64,000 bases of DNA, taken from Epiperipatus broadwayi. Its lineage: Eukaryota > Animalia > Onychophora. Location: assembly GCA_028023455.1 (NCBI GenBank), contig JAQFVV010000010.1, forward strand, positions 3,968,001 through 4,032,000, given 5' to 3'. Shown piece after piece: positions 1 through 14,145 of this stretch. The first letter of the stretch is position 1; each line of letters begins with the position of its first letter. The translations under genes and the position numbers were made by a program. The notes under the pieces were generated by a model. It was not told where the DNA came from, ran no database searches, and was given only the letters and a program-made list of their open reading frames with translations.

Positions 1-3000
1 ACCGCTATATTACATGTTGTATCTGAGAAAACCTTGCTTGAATTGGAAAAGAAGAATATGTATTAAATGCTAAATTAAAAATGATTATCTACATAAAAAA
101 AGTGCAATCAGTGTAATGTGATAAAAGTGTTGAACTGTTCTGTCAGGTGTATGTGTAATAATTCGTGAAATAATAGCTATTCATTTATTTATTTATATTT
201 TCTTTGTGTGTGTGTGTGTGTAGAAGTCTTAAAAAAGAACTATTAATGCAAATGCATTTGTTGAATTATATTATCAGCGTACATAGAAGCTCCTTATGTG
301 TTGAATTGTTAGACCAGGAATTGTGCCAGATTAAGAACTTGAGTATATTTTCTTTTTATTTTTAAAAAAAAAAAGTTTTGGTAAAATTTATGCTTACTAA
401 ATTTAAGTTATGTATTATAAAATATATTATTGTATGCTATTTTAAATATTAAGAGTTTTATATTTTATATTGTACGATCTAACATGCCTAATAGAGGTTC
501 ACTTATTATTATTGTTAGCATTAATGATACTAAGCTATATAATGACTTAGTATAAGTTATTTAAAATAGTATTGCTATGCCCTTTATTATAAGAATGTTA
601 TTTATAGTGAATGTTATATGTTTATGAAAATGGTGTATATTGCTTGTTTGTTTTAATTTCTAAAGGTTACATTTTATTCAGTCATATTTGACAATTATTA
701 TTAGTTTATCGTTTTTATGCATTAATTTAGTATTATATTTATCAAGAGTTTAGAATTAATTCCTCTCTAGTATATGTGATATAAATTATCTGATCTTTGT
801 GCATTTCCAAGGTATGCAAATTTTATTTCTGCCATGATGGTTAGGAGGATGAGCTTGGCTCTCTCATTAGTGTTGATATTGAAATAATTTAGAAATTTTA
901 TTAGGAGATAGAGGGTTACTCTCTTCAATATTGGCGATATTTTTTTTGAGTGTTATTTTCTCATGTTTATGTTTGTAGTGTGTTGGTTCATTCCCGTTTA
1001 TTAAATATGTCTAGAGACAAAGTCCTAACAAATTTTATTGCTCCCAGATAGTAGGTGCTTATTCTGGGTTCATGCCATCACAGGTTTAGTGCTTTATTAG
1101 CTTTTCCTCTCGTAAATATCTTTGTTATTATATATTTACCACCATGTATGGTGTTATTAATATTTAGTATGTTGGTCATTAATAAGTTTTGTTATTTGAA
1201 GTGTATCATCTTCTTCAGGAACACTTTTAACTCCCTAATTGTAGGTTTGATAGTTTTGATGTATAATCTGTTTTGTTGTGTTTTCCAGCAAAACATAAAA
1301 TAAAACTGATAATGATTTATTCAAATTTATAAGTTTTATTATTAGACTAAAATAAACAATGTGCATCATAATGATCATCATCCAGATGCAAGTTATCACT
1401 GGACTGGTAAGATCTAAATCATTTAGCTTTACTCGTTGAGACAAATAGCACAGATTGTATGAGTGGATATGTGTAACCTCTGCAAATAATTGAAGGTTTT
1501 AGTAAAACTCTGATAGTTAAAGACCATAGTTAATAAATAATGCATGAATTAGTAAAGCTCATTATCAAATTATAGCATGATTTAGAGTGTGTATGCCGAA
1601 AGATATAACATGTATCATAAATTTATTAGTAGTGTATTAAAGTTATATTACTTGAATGGAGCAGAATATTAATTGAGAATAGTGAAAAATAAGTATTTTA
1701 TTTGAAGGGTAAATTTTCTTATAATAATTTTAATTGGTCAAATGAGCTTGTCCACCTAAATCCATTCTCCGTCATGGATATGTAATTCAGTCATGTCATG
1801 TGTTAATTTGAGAAATTTGAAATTGTAAAGTATTCTCCTGTAAGCAATTACATAAGACTGTTATAAATTTTTTTTTTTAATTCTTTAATGACCTTCCAAG
1901 CTATTTCATGTTTATGAAATTTTATTCATTATAAATAAATGATGTTTTGTTGTTTAATCTGGTGTAGTGTCTTTATAATGTTCTCGTTATTCACTAAATT
2001 AATATCCAGAAATCTAAACATTATGTACTTTATAATGCAAATATTTTTCAAATATTTATTCAAACTACAAATACATAAATTAAATGTTACTATTTAACTA
2101 ATAATTATTTTGCAGATATGAAGAGTGCATTAAATAAAATATTATTCATTTATTCTATTAATCACTATAATTTAAAACTGCAATTTATAAAAATAAGACC
2201 ATGTTTACAATCAATTATTGTCTATTTCCATGTAATAAATGTATTTTGTGTTGTTAATGAATATTTTGAGTGGACATCAAATCCCTTTCCCACTCTGGGT
2301 ATTCGTATGTTCTCCTAGTAGATGATTATATTATTCCAAATTTAGAGTTTGATGCAATTTTGTCTTAATTAAATTATTTATTAAATTATCATTATTATTA
2401 TTCAATAATAGGTAGATATTGACTTATAGATTAAGTATATGTGTTCTCTTGTCGATCGCTAGGATATCATTCATTTATCAACAACATATTCATGAAATCA
2501 ATATTGAAAACTTAATATTAAAATAATATAAGAACCCTCAGATTATAATACTATAATTCTATAAATAATAACTTACATCTATTGACAAAAAAAGGCAAAA
2601 TGGCATAACAAATCAGTAAGATTTATACAAGTTGACTATTTATTAAATGTGGATCTGATCATAGAAATATGAAGAGGAAGAAGGAGTTATAGATGTAAGA
2701 ATATGCTGGAGTGGGGATAATGGAAGAGATTTTATTATAAGAGAACAATTAATTGTATCATTGCTACTTTGTGTTATAATACTGAGAGCTTTTAAATGTT
2801 TTGCAAGAGTGAGTTGAGGTTTCTCCTCCTCTTAAATTTATTAGCTATACTTTATAATGTTTATTATTGTTGTTGTTGTAATTCTCTGTGTTCTCACATA
2901 AATTACAGTAGGAAAAAAAACCCTGAGCTTAGCTAGAGCTTTAGCTTAGCCTTATTAACCTTATTTATCTTGACCTTATTTAGCTTGTTAGCTTTAATTA

Positions 3001-4172
3001 CTAGCCCTTTCTTTCCCTAGGTACAATATATATTTATTTACATCCTAAATAATATATAATATATAAATAATATATAATATATTTATATCCTAAATAATAT
3101 TAATCAATGATATTCTTGGAAACTTTTATTGCTTAGAATTATATAACAGTTTGAAAGATTTGGAAACCAAAGAATGCTATTAATAAAAGATAAAAAAAGT
3201 ATTAATTTAGGTAAAGAATAAATAAGATTCTATCCAAAAAATGTGAGAAATTGAAATAAACTTTAATCACTTAAAATTAATATCATGAAAAAAAGTTAAA
3301 AATTATATAAAATAAAAATAGATATGTATGCATATCATTTCTACAAATAAAATAAAAATTTTAATAGAAATTTAATGATAATTAAAAAAAACTTCAAAAT
3401 TACAATTTTGAGAATGACTCATATTCCATTATTACCCCCCCCCCCAATCAAAATGATACAACTTCAGACATTTTTTTAATAAAATATACTATTACCCAAT
3501 CCTGCTGTTAACAAATGTTGTGCCTTTACTTCTTTGTCAATTAACTAATACTCAAACATCTCAAGATCCAGAAATTTTCAAGTGTAAAGATTCTGTAATC
3601 ACTATTATTTTTCCAAACATAAATTTTATTCAAGTCCACCACTAAAAATCATAATAAATAAATGAGATCTCTATCTTAACAATATCTATCATATTTAGTG
3701 ACAAATGCAAAATTTACATTAACACATTTTTGAAAATTTTGCACTTATGAGCATATTTTTTCTTAATATAGACACAAAAAATCATTACTTGACTTTATAT
3801 ACTTAATAACTTTACATAAGTTTCCATTATAGCTTCATTACTTAATAATACAAATCTGATTATTAAATGCTGGAATAAATCATGTTTAAAGAATATTAAG
3901 TAATAGCAATTTACCAATAAAAATTAGAATAAATCATATTGTTTGAATGAAGTATTCATATCCTATTATCTAAAATCCGCTCAATGCTGCCTTGTAAAGA
4001 AACATAAAAAATTTAATAAATATGCATAAAAAAATAAAATTATAATTGCATTTCTCCTGTCTTGCATTCAGTGTATAATTATTATCATTAATTATTACTT
4101 TCTTTTTAATGCTGGAAAAAAGTTTTAAAAAATCTGCATTGCTTTTTTTTTTTTTTTGCAAATTAAACATAC

Positions 4173-4260
4173 CCATTGGTGGCATAGCAAATCCTGGCGG
4201 GATTAATCCTGGATGTAATGGTGGCATTCCCAAAGGAGGCCGATGCGGAGGAAAAGACAT
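4173..4260 (-). CDS. RBM25: First coding exon of an RBM25-like splicing factor (MSFPPHRPPLGMPPLHPGLIPPGFAMPPM+G); whole exon 4173-4278
   Basis: Minus strand reads ttttttatttttag|aattactggagaaacagtATG. 88 coding nt end in ATG G|gtatgt (phase-1 donor at 4172-4171). The peptide closely resembles the start of metazoan RBM25 (human MSFPPHLNRPPMGIPALPPG...). The ORF-track extension to 3970 is intron read-through. Confidence 0.78.
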
Positions 4261-5639
4261 ACTGTTTCTCCAGTAATTCTAAAAATAAAAAATTAAAATT
4301 TGAGAAAAAAAAAAGACTAATTTCAGCATAATGAGTTTAAATTACAATAATGCAATCACTTATTCAGATTCTTTACACAACATTAAACACATATACACAA
4401 TGTTCAATTATTTACACTTGAATGTAACAAATATACATTTATATTGTAAAATAAAATGTATCTAAATTATAGCAAAAAACAGTGATTGTAAAAAAAAAAA
4501 ATCAGCTCAGAAAATGGTCTTGAAAAATTTCAAAAACAATATATTTAGAATACATTAGTCATTATTATTCATAACTTTTGCTAATAAATTTTTCATTTAT
4601 GATATCCCTCCACCACCATGAGTGTAACTACTTTAATTATATAAAGATAATAAGATTGCTGGACAGTGGAAATTATAAGATTTTATCCAGTTAAGAATAA
4701 ATTATTGCATTGTAAAAAGTGTATAAAGGAGTATTTGTTGTATAAAGATAACAATAGATGAATATAGATCTTTGATAGTATATTTTGATATACATGTATA
4801 TATATTTCATTCATAATAACAATTTTAATTAGCTTAATCAAACTATTTCTTTGGCTATTGGTCTTCATTAATAGAAAAAAGTTTTGTAAATCTCTTTCAA
4901 ATACTTAGACAACTTTTACTCCCATTATATTATTCAACCTAACAGTTTAAAAATTTCATGGTGGTTAAGGCCAAGAGCTGAAAAAAAGTCTGGGGATAAA
5001 TTTACTAATTTCATTAATTACTCAAACCTTCTACAGATAGCTTTAAATTGCTATTCAGCAATGAAAGTTTAATTGATGAATAATCTTTATTAATAACATG
5101 GAGCTAAACTGGAAAAAGTCTTTCAATCAAATGAAATTTAAATATTAAAATATATTTATAGTTTTTTGTGAAGTTAATAATGCTAAACATGCATTATCTA
5201 AGAATTGAGATTATATATTTAAAACTCATTAAAATTTATATGCATAGATTAATTCTTTTTAACTGCTATTTTTTTGTTGTTGTTGTTGTTCTGAGAAATG
5301 CATTCATAAACTTTTTTTTTATTAAAAAAAAAAAAAAATTACAAATATATATACAAGGAATAAGCTCCTGAATAGCTAGCTAATCTACAAACAGCACTGC
5401 TCACTAAAATTTTCCATAAAACTGAATAACATTAAAATATATAAAAATTAAATAGAATGAAGTACTGAAAATATGCACTAGAAATTCTACACAATATTTT
5501 TAAAAATGCATCATGAGAAAAAGACAACTGCTAATATTAATTCTACCAACAATATATCAAATGATATAATACTGTACTATAAAATTAAACAGAAATCAAA
5601 TGAAATAGCTGTAACTATGAAATTAATCATTATGCTTTT

Positions 5640-6240
5640 AGCATCTAAATCACATAAACATGTTAATGTAATCTGATATTTTTTTTTGTTATACTTTTAC
5701 CATCAAATAAAAGGAAACAAACTGTCCACATACTTCTGACAGTAAACAATAGATGTATTATACAAATTAAAATGTAAATAAGTATACGACTGAAATAACT
5801 ATAACATACTTTCTGGATTCTAAATGCTAAGGACAGATAATATCAAAATTCAAATAAAATCTGAAAATGAGGTATTGTTAAATAGAAACAATATTTTGAA
5901 GATAGTTGAACAAGAATTTAAATTAGGATTGTAGTTCACAAAGATTGTAGAATCTGTTTTTGCAACTGGTAAACATGTTCATATATTATCCTGAGGATAA
6001 ATAATTTTTATATAAGATAGTTAATGAAATCTAATAGAAAATTCTAGAATAAATCATCAAATTAATTGGAGTTGATGATATAGCTTTTATGTGTGGCAGT
6101 ATACATTCAAACTTATGAGAATAAAAAAAAAACTACTTATCTTCTATTGATGAATAAATTTAAAACATCAACTGAAAAAAATATTATTGTTAAATCACTA
6201 AACATCACATGATCACCATCTCATACTAGCACATAATTGT
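5640..6240 (+). mobile_element. Possible heavily decayed Penelope-like element (thumb/GIY-YIG relic) upstream of the ribozyme
   Basis: The frame from 5820 reads LNAKDR*...GIVK*KQYFEDS*TRI*IRIVVHKDCR, a weak match to the Penelope-type L.n.KD...GVVY...YIGET.R.L..RI.EHK pattern. Penelope-like elements are known to carry terminal hammerheads. Confidence 0.4.
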
Positions 6241-6242
6241 TG

Positions 6243-6508
6243 TAAACAAAAGCAAAACTCCATACAGTAGTGCCACCCTGTGCTAACCAGAGTAATCAAT
6301 AGATGCCAGAAGGCTTGTGCATAAAATCCCTATCTAGTGCCTACTCATCCAATATCCCCACTGATGATGGCCACAAGCCAGAAACTAGTCTGGGGATATT
6401 GGATGAGTAGGCACTAGATAGGGATTTTATGCACAAGCCTTCTGGCATCTATTGATTACTCTGGTTAGCACAGGGTGGCACTACTGTATGGAGTTTTGCT
6501 TTTGTTTA
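6243..6508. repeat. Perfect 118-bp inverted repeat (6243-6360 / 6391-6508) forming the extended stem I of the ribozyme
   Basis: Arms checked base by base with no mismatch; the 30-nt spacer is exactly the hammerhead core. Confidence 0.97.
6355..6396 (+). ncRNA. Type I hammerhead ribozyme, minimal/dimer type
   Basis: tcccca-CTGATGA(6361-6367)-TGGC cacaa GCCA (stem II)-GAAA(6381-6384)-CTAG-TC(6389-6390)-tgggga. All core nucleotides are present. Stem III is the palindrome ACTAGT. Predicted cleavage after 6390. Confidence 0.85.
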
Positions 6509-9299
6509 AAAATATTGATGAATTTTCATAAAAATCGTTAACAAATTAAAAAGAGCCAATTTGTCTAAATAAATTAAATAAAACAAGAATGTAAAATCTA
6601 AATAATAATGTAGTCTAAACTTTTGTAAACAATACCAGTCAATTGCCAGCATAATATATTTTCATAAATAATAGTACAGTATTATATAATGTCAGAAAGA
6701 TTAATATATAGATGTTTGATAACAAATCGCAACAAATTCAGCTGTAACACTTAATATATAAACAAACATCAAACAAAAAGGAATTAATGTTTGTTAAGTA
6801 ATTAATTATACAAGTTGTATAAACAGTTTATTTCAAATATTTAGTTTCTTTGGCTTTAATTCAAAATGGAAACTGATACAAATTATGCATGTAATTGATG
6901 TCATTTTAAAATTTTCTCAAAATCTTTTATATCTTAAGACATTTTTTCTTAAATCAAAACACTGATTTTTATAATTTATATTTTTCTAAACTTCATATTT
7001 TTTAAAAAAATTTTACCACAAAATTATTTTTAATACTAGATAAACTATGTGAACATTCTCATAAATAATTAATAGCACAATACAATGATTTTTATAAATG
7101 TTTCTTTTTTAGTATAAATAAAATTTACAAAACCTCTGACGAATTATTTTTCATTAGATAATTAATTATCATCTTCAAAAAATAAAATAAGATAGAAAGT
7201 AATCTATGCAAGAAATTACCACCTGTATATAGTGAGAAAATGTATTTTCCCCTTATATTTAGAAAAAATTGATTTCTATAATAAATAAATAGTTAATACT
7301 GTAACAGTCAAAAATGCCCAGCTAACACGCAAATCGCTCAAAGGTAATCTGCATGCAGCTCTACATTCCAATGTCATATGATCTAAAACTTTTCCTTTTT
7401 ACATCCCGCGAAACTCAGTAAGATGCGAGAGACTTATGATAGATTAATTACCATTATTGATTGCAATAAAAGATATGTTAGAATAATGAGAAATTACAAT
7501 ATATTTATTTATTTATATACATAATCACCAAACAAATAATAATAGAATTGACAGAACCCTTTGGTAACACAGTCTATTGGTCTTTTACCTGGATTGAATT
7601 CAGTATAACAACACTTAATGATCAATTGTTTTATTTAACTGCCGTAGCTAGTTTGAGACAAAATTCATATGATTAGATATTTATTCACTGCCTCGTTATG
7701 CACAGATAATATACGGTTCTATGCATCTTAATTGTCACTGGGTAGATCCTGACTTGCTGCATAGATTAACTATAAATACCATTACTTATTAATATAACTG
7801 GTCACTACCCAGATTCAAGAACCGTCAATCTGGCTCACAGGCCCAAGGATAAGTTAAACTTCATTTATATAAAATATATTATTAGAAGGCTGACATTAAT
7901 CTAGAGCATTTTAGGCTGCAGCGATTGGAGAATTATATTAAGTGAACTAAGTGTCATGTATGTCAGACGATCTTTAAAATCTGTTTCAATAACATTTGAA
8001 TATATATCAGCAAAGGCCTGTACAGGAATTACGCACCTACCTGGCATTAATGACCAAGACTTAAGAACTAAATGGTAGGAATGGGTATCTATCTGATAAA
8101 TAACAATAATAATCCAAGTTAAAGTGGCAAAAAAACATCCGCTTTACATTTGTTGGCAAACAATCAAAGGATACATAAAACATACGATATATGGTAGAAA
8201 TGTGCATATACCAAATAATACTGCTCAAACTAAGTCACTGACTGCAATTGGCAGAAAAATCATTTGTTTTACACTCGTTTTTGAACCATCGAAAATATAT
8301 ATAAATAAAGCAAACTGAAATAATATCACATGAAATTCAAGACATTGCTTAAAGAAAGTTTAATAATTGGCTTATATGATCCATAAATATCCTCCTCCTT
8401 ATGCCTGCCTATCCTAAACCTAGGGCTTTTTAATTCCAACTATGTTTTTTTTGTAACGATTAAAAATAATCTTTCTCAATACATTCAATCTGTCTATGCA
8501 GCTTTTTATTCTATCCAGACCATTAATCAATATTATTTACATCACCCTTACTATATTTCAAGCTAGTGGAAATAATCTATTAACTCATTTTAAAATAATT
8601 AATTAAAATAATATTAAATAAGCTTTTTAGTGAATGGCAAAAGTTTGCAATGATTAACGAATTGTTTTATTATAAATATTTTCTTTTATGTTATGATGTC
8701 TGAATGTAGCATGTCTAAATAAATTACGCAATCCATTGCCATTCTGATCTCTAAATATATATATTTATGTCAAAAAATCATAATAATCTCTACAAAATTT
8801 CAATATAAATTAAATATAAATACATAGGAGATTAAATATCTAATCTTAATGAAATTAAGTCATAATAGCGTACAATTAAAGTTCATACAAATTTCCCTTT
8901 TCATCTTTAATAGTTCAAGTTATGAATTCAGGTACCTGTAGATTTTTTGGGAAACAGTAGTAGGAACTGTTTTTTTTCTGGACTTTGGTATTCCTGGGAT
9001 TATTGTGGGTGAAATTAAAACTGAAAATTTTACAGCATTTTATTCATTTACATATATATATTGAACTGCCCATTTATTTTATATAATAGTAACAAATAGA
9101 AATATATTATTCTTCCTTCCTTACTAAAACCATCCAATCTCTGAAGGTGCTTGGTTCTCAGGTAGAGTGAACAATATCATTGGCAGCAAGCTACCAATAA
9201 TATAATCACTCAGCTACTAGACAAATACTGACCAAATAAACACTTAATTTATTTTAAGGTAAACCCTTTAAGTGCCAGTTAATCACATAGTAATTAACA

Positions 9300-10260
9300 A
9301 TGTTTACCCGACCAGCAACGAATCTAGTACCTGAGATAACAGCTAGCTCACCGAATTATAGCTGCCTTTTAAAAAACTCCGCACAATCTAAAAAATTCTA
9401 TTTTTAATAATGACGATTTACCATCCGATAAACTTTGACATCTTTAAATAACAAATCATTTTTAAAAAAAATTCTCCCTATTCTTTTCGTTGTAACTTAA
9501 TCATTTCTCAATAATAATTCATTCTTTCCATTCCCATTTTACTAAACATATTACTTCAGCATAAATATATGTATTCATATATCAATATAAATATTTCAAC
9601 GACAGTTTAAATCCTTTTTTGTCTTTTTAAAACAATCGTTTTGTTTTATAATTCAACCACGCACACTCTTTTCATTTAAATAAATGTTTTAATACATTAT
9701 AAATAACTAAAAGTGTACATAACATATTAAATTAAAATTCATACATACATACAATTAATGTCTCTGAATAAAGTTGAACGCAGAAGCCGATATCATTTAT
9801 ATCTTCCAAATACTAATCGGTAAAGGTTGAAAGTTTTAATTTATTTATTTATCACAGTTTTAAAAAAAGCAAGAATTAGAGAATATGAAAATTAAACATT
9901 ACCTAGGATTTGAAATCTGATTTGAAATACGTCCAGCAAAAGTAATTTCCATAGAATGTTATCTCTAACCTCTACACAAATCTTCCCTGAATTCGTGATG
10001 TTATATGGCATTCGTGGCTCTTAGCATAGACACTCCGGTACTCTGTTTACCTTATCCGAACATGGTTTCCCTCTGAACTATCTGCTGATGGTATTACAGA
10101 GAAAGCTCCAGTCAGCTACACGATACGATGAATTTAACAATGCATCATATTGTCTGAATAGCAATTTATATAGTTTTCTTTTGATCGTTTGATTTTATAA
10201 AATATTTTGAAATATTTTAAAAATATAATAATAATGGAATGTTGAAATTTTAAAACCGTC
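9300..10260 (-). promoter_or_regulatory. Second CpG-enriched promoter-like island with minus-strand donor sites (candidate 5'UTR exons for the MSFPP exon)
   Basis: CpG cluster. Minus donors TCG|GTGAGC (9351), TAG|GTAATG (9902) and AAG|GTAAAC (10050). Confidence 0.45.
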
Positions 10261-10893
10261 TTAACAATAACCAAGTTTGTTTATATCCAGCATTTATTAT
10301 CTCATGAAATCATTGTACTTTTACTTCCCTCTGATTGGGCTTCTATTTTATTTTTTATTCAAAATTTTTACACACTCACACATTTAATTCTTTTATTATA
10401 AAACAAAGCGAATTTTTTCTTTATTAGTTTTATTATGAACTAATCAAAAGTAATATGGAATCATTTTTATTTCACACTCTTTTTTTAAAAAAAATAAAGG
10501 AAAAAAATCTTACCCTCCTTTTAAAATCGTTTATTATTTATTTTTCTTTAACAATAAATCCCCCTACCCTACTCCTTAGTTTTTTTTAATTTTCTTTTCC
10601 TTCAACTTTTAACTTTTATTTTAACTTAATTTCCCCACTTTATTTTTTTTTTAAACAAAATTTATTAAATATTATTACTTTCAAAGAATATTATACATTC
10701 GGTCCCAATGTACCCCGGTACAATATAAATTAAAAATTGAAACGAATTCAAAACTTACTTTTCAGAAAATTATTTTTTTTTAAACCAGGACAGACTAATG
10801 GCTACATTGTTTAAAAAAAAATTTTTTCACTTTAGTTTAGTTTGAGACTGATTTGGCAATTGACAAGTAATATGAACGTAAGAAACAGGCAAT

Positions 10894-11163
10894 TTATGCT
10901 TTTATTGCTGAGAATGAACACTTTTTGAAATATTTCAAAGAGATTTCTACAGATTCATCCCATGCAGAACGTTTGAGGTTACAACCATTTGTCGATGTAA
11001 GCTTCCTGAAAGAATGTTTAATTTTTAAATGCCGAGCAAGGCACTTGCAGAAAAAACCTCTACATTTGGGTATTGCAGCAAAATGATTACACTTTGCTTT
11101 TTCATTATTACTACATTTAATGAAGTCTTGCCAGGCAGATGTTTTTGATTTCTTCATCATCAC
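10894..11163 (-). mobile_element. BED zinc-finger relic, probably from an hAT-type transposase
   Basis: KTSAWQDF...KAKCNHF...LARHLKIKH matches the BED pattern W..F...A.C..C...L.RHL...H with the second Cys lost. Confidence 0.55.
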
Positions 11164-11380
11164 AAAAAAATTTAAAAAATTAAATATATGAAAAGCGGTT
11201 TAACTGCAAAAGTATCTGTCAAAAAAAAAAATGACATGTATAATTGTGAACATGAGAGCTCGAATCTACTCAGTCAAGAAGGAGTCTAGAGTCAATAAAT
11301 GATAACATTACAGAGATATATAAGAAAGGACTTCTTGACTTTCATTTTCTATTATATATATATATATTGCAAATGAAATG

Positions 11381-12499
11381 TAGTTGTGTACTCTTAGCGT
11401 GTTGAAACTGCATGAGGGCGTAATTTCTATGTAAGCAAACAGAATTATAATGTTACCAGGCCGTTGTTTTTTTCCCAACATTAAAGTGCTTTTTTGATTT
11501 ACAATAAAATCATGAATAATGAAATTTATCTAAAAGAAATAAAAAATAAATTGGATAAACCTTTTTTTTTTAAATATTTTTTTACCTAAAATGAAATTTG
11601 TATTTTAGCAAAAATAAAAACAAATAAAAACAATATCGTGGCTGCACAAATCAAATTTTAACAAGAATAAAGAGAAATAATTTCCCCAAAACAACATCAT
11701 GGTCACGCAAATATCATTTTGTTATTTTAACAAGAATAAAAAAAAAGAATTTATTCAAAACAACATCGTGGCCAAAAATAAAACCGGTATTTTTTATTGT
11801 TCTCGCAATTTTTCTCATGCAAATGTGAATTTTAGCATGATTTCATAAAAATCATGCTTACACTCCTCTTTGACGATTAAAGTGTCATCCTTGACTAGAG
11901 AAGCGGAGCAAAGTTTCCACAATTTTTATTACTTCATACTACATCATTGGATATGGAAAATAATAACTTGGGCATGCAAATTTGAAGACTTTTGACAGAC
12001 TCAATTACAGTCACCCTCATAAACGACCGTAGTGAAATTTAAAATGGGATTGTTCATATAAACTGCGTAACACAAAGTTCTCCATAAGCGGCAGCAGCCG
12101 TGGTGGCAGAATAAACATCCTACTTCTGTGCTGTAAATACTGTAGCGAAATGTTAATAATAGAATTGTTCGTATAAACAGTGGCAGAATAATACGTCCTA
12201 TTTTTGTGCTGTAGCATAGAAATAGATACTATAGCGAAATTTAAAATGTGATTGTTCGTATAAACTGCGTAACTCAAAGTTCACCGTAAGCAGCGGTGTC
12301 TGCTGCAGCAGAATAAACGTCCTATTTCGTGCTGTAGCATAGAAATGGGTGCCGCAGACCAGTAAACAGACTTTCTATGCTTAAACATTGAAAAAAAACG
12401 TTATATAGCGGCACGGCCACTTAAACGGCATATTTCTGTGCATTTGCATAAAAATTACACCCTCAAGCGGTTTCCAACACGCTAAGAATAAACAATCTG
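11381..12499 (+). mobile_element. Non-autonomous TIR element (family copy 1)
   Basis: About 70-bp imperfect TIRs (tagttgtgtactcttagcgtgttg... versus the reverse complement of 12430-12499). Candidate TSD aaatg at 11376-11380 and 12500-12504. Internal tandem subrepeats at 11630-11775 and 12025-12350. Confidence 0.75.
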
Positions 12500-13645
12500 A
12501 AATGTATGAAAATAAATATTTTTCTAAATTAAAATAATACACATCTTTATTGCTGACGATCTCAAATTATGAAGAAACTTTATTTTGCTAGTGCATGATG
12601 GTTGCATATATTTATATAAGTGTGTGTAAGACTGTAAGTATTGATTATGGAAGTTAGTAATTCAAACTGGGGAAATCTCGGGATTAAGAAAATTTCCCGG
12701 ATAAATCCTACACCAAAATCAGCTAAGATCCCAGAAGACAGTCCCTAAACAAAAGGTAACATAGCTATATCTGACAATCTTCTATGAAGCTTCCATTGAT
12801 ATTGGTACTTCTATTTGATTCAGTGGCAGCACATGATAGTCTTTTCTTGCTGAATGATAGATGGTCTATTCCTCAAAGTTATAGACAATTTTAAAACTTA
12901 GGCAGCTATACAATCTACATATAATCTGGACACAATGATCAATGAGATGTTTACATTATTTTATGGCTTCTTCTCAGCACTTCAATATTGGACTTAAGCT
13001 TGCACTCAGTCAACTTGACCAAAGTGGAATGGATGATGTGCTTCCATGATACAACAGCGATCGCAATATTTTAAAACGACTTTGATGATCAAGAGAATAA
13101 GTGAAAGAACCAAAACAAAGAACAAAAGCATAATAATAGATATTTTGAGAGATCCTTTTTAAAGTTCACCAAGCTGCCTTATTTATAAAATCAGTTTTCA
13201 TGGTTTGATTTCACATATTCATCCATTGATTGTAGATTAGTCCTAAACTTTGCTGTGGTCCATGGCTTACTGACCAATTACAGACTACAAAAATTAAGTT
13301 TACAAAATAATAAAATTAATATTTTAACTAGACAACATACAATATGAATCTCATAATTAGTTGGGTCTGCTTATCAATAAATTAATTAATTTATAAAAAT
13401 AATTTTATTTCCACCTTCACCTAATTAGCAACATAATTTTATAATTCATAATTAATAAAATATTTTATAAACTTTGTTTAAATTACTTAAAATTAATTTA
13501 GAATTAATAAGGCCTAATATATTTTATCTATGCACATACTTATAACAGTATATATATTTTTAGTTTAGCAAAAATGTAGCTTTCGTTTACAAGTTACTAA
13601 TAAATTTTTAAATGGTATATGTGAAGCACATATATATCGCTTCAA

Positions 13646-14145
13646 NNNNNNNNNNNNNNNNNNNNNNNNNNNNNNNNNNNNNNNNNNNNNNNNNNNNNNN
13701 NNNNNNNNNNNNNNNNNNNNNNNNNNNNNNNNNNNNNNNNNNNNNNNNNNNNNNNNNNNNNNNNNNNNNNNNNNNNNNNNNNNNNNNNNNNNNNNNNNNN
13801 NNNNNNNNNNNNNNNNNNNNNNNNNNNNNNNNNNNNNNNNNNNNNNNNNNNNNNNNNNNNNNNNNNNNNNNNNNNNNNNNNNNNNNNNNNNNNNNNNNNN
13901 NNNNNNNNNNNNNNNNNNNNNNNNNNNNNNNNNNNNNNNNNNNNNNNNNNNNNNNNNNNNNNNNNNNNNNNNNNNNNNNNNNNNNNNNNNNNNNNNNNNN
14001 NNNNNNNNNNNNNNNNNNNNNNNNNNNNNNNNNNNNNNNNNNNNNNNNNNNNNNNNNNNNNNNNNNNNNNNNNNNNNNNNNNNNNNNNNNNNNNNNNNNN
14101 NNNNNNNNNNNNNNNNNNNNNNNNNNNNNNNNNNNNNNNNNNNNN
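13646..14145. other. Scaffold gap (500 N)
   Basis: Run of exactly 500 N; the round size suggests a placeholder. Confidence 0.99.

Noticed and set aside
1-4170. Complementarity that could pair the two putative pre-mRNAs
   Set aside because: No shared sequence seen between 1-4170 and 27601-28709; a dot plot would be needed to exclude short matches.
7540-8330. GC-richer stretch with faint Gypsy RNase H-like words
   Set aside because: Matches too weak to call.
12740-13270. hAT transposase C-terminal relic linked to the BED finger
   Set aside because: Only a faint SAEKKP-like match, and it lies in the wrong order relative to the BED finger on the minus strand.
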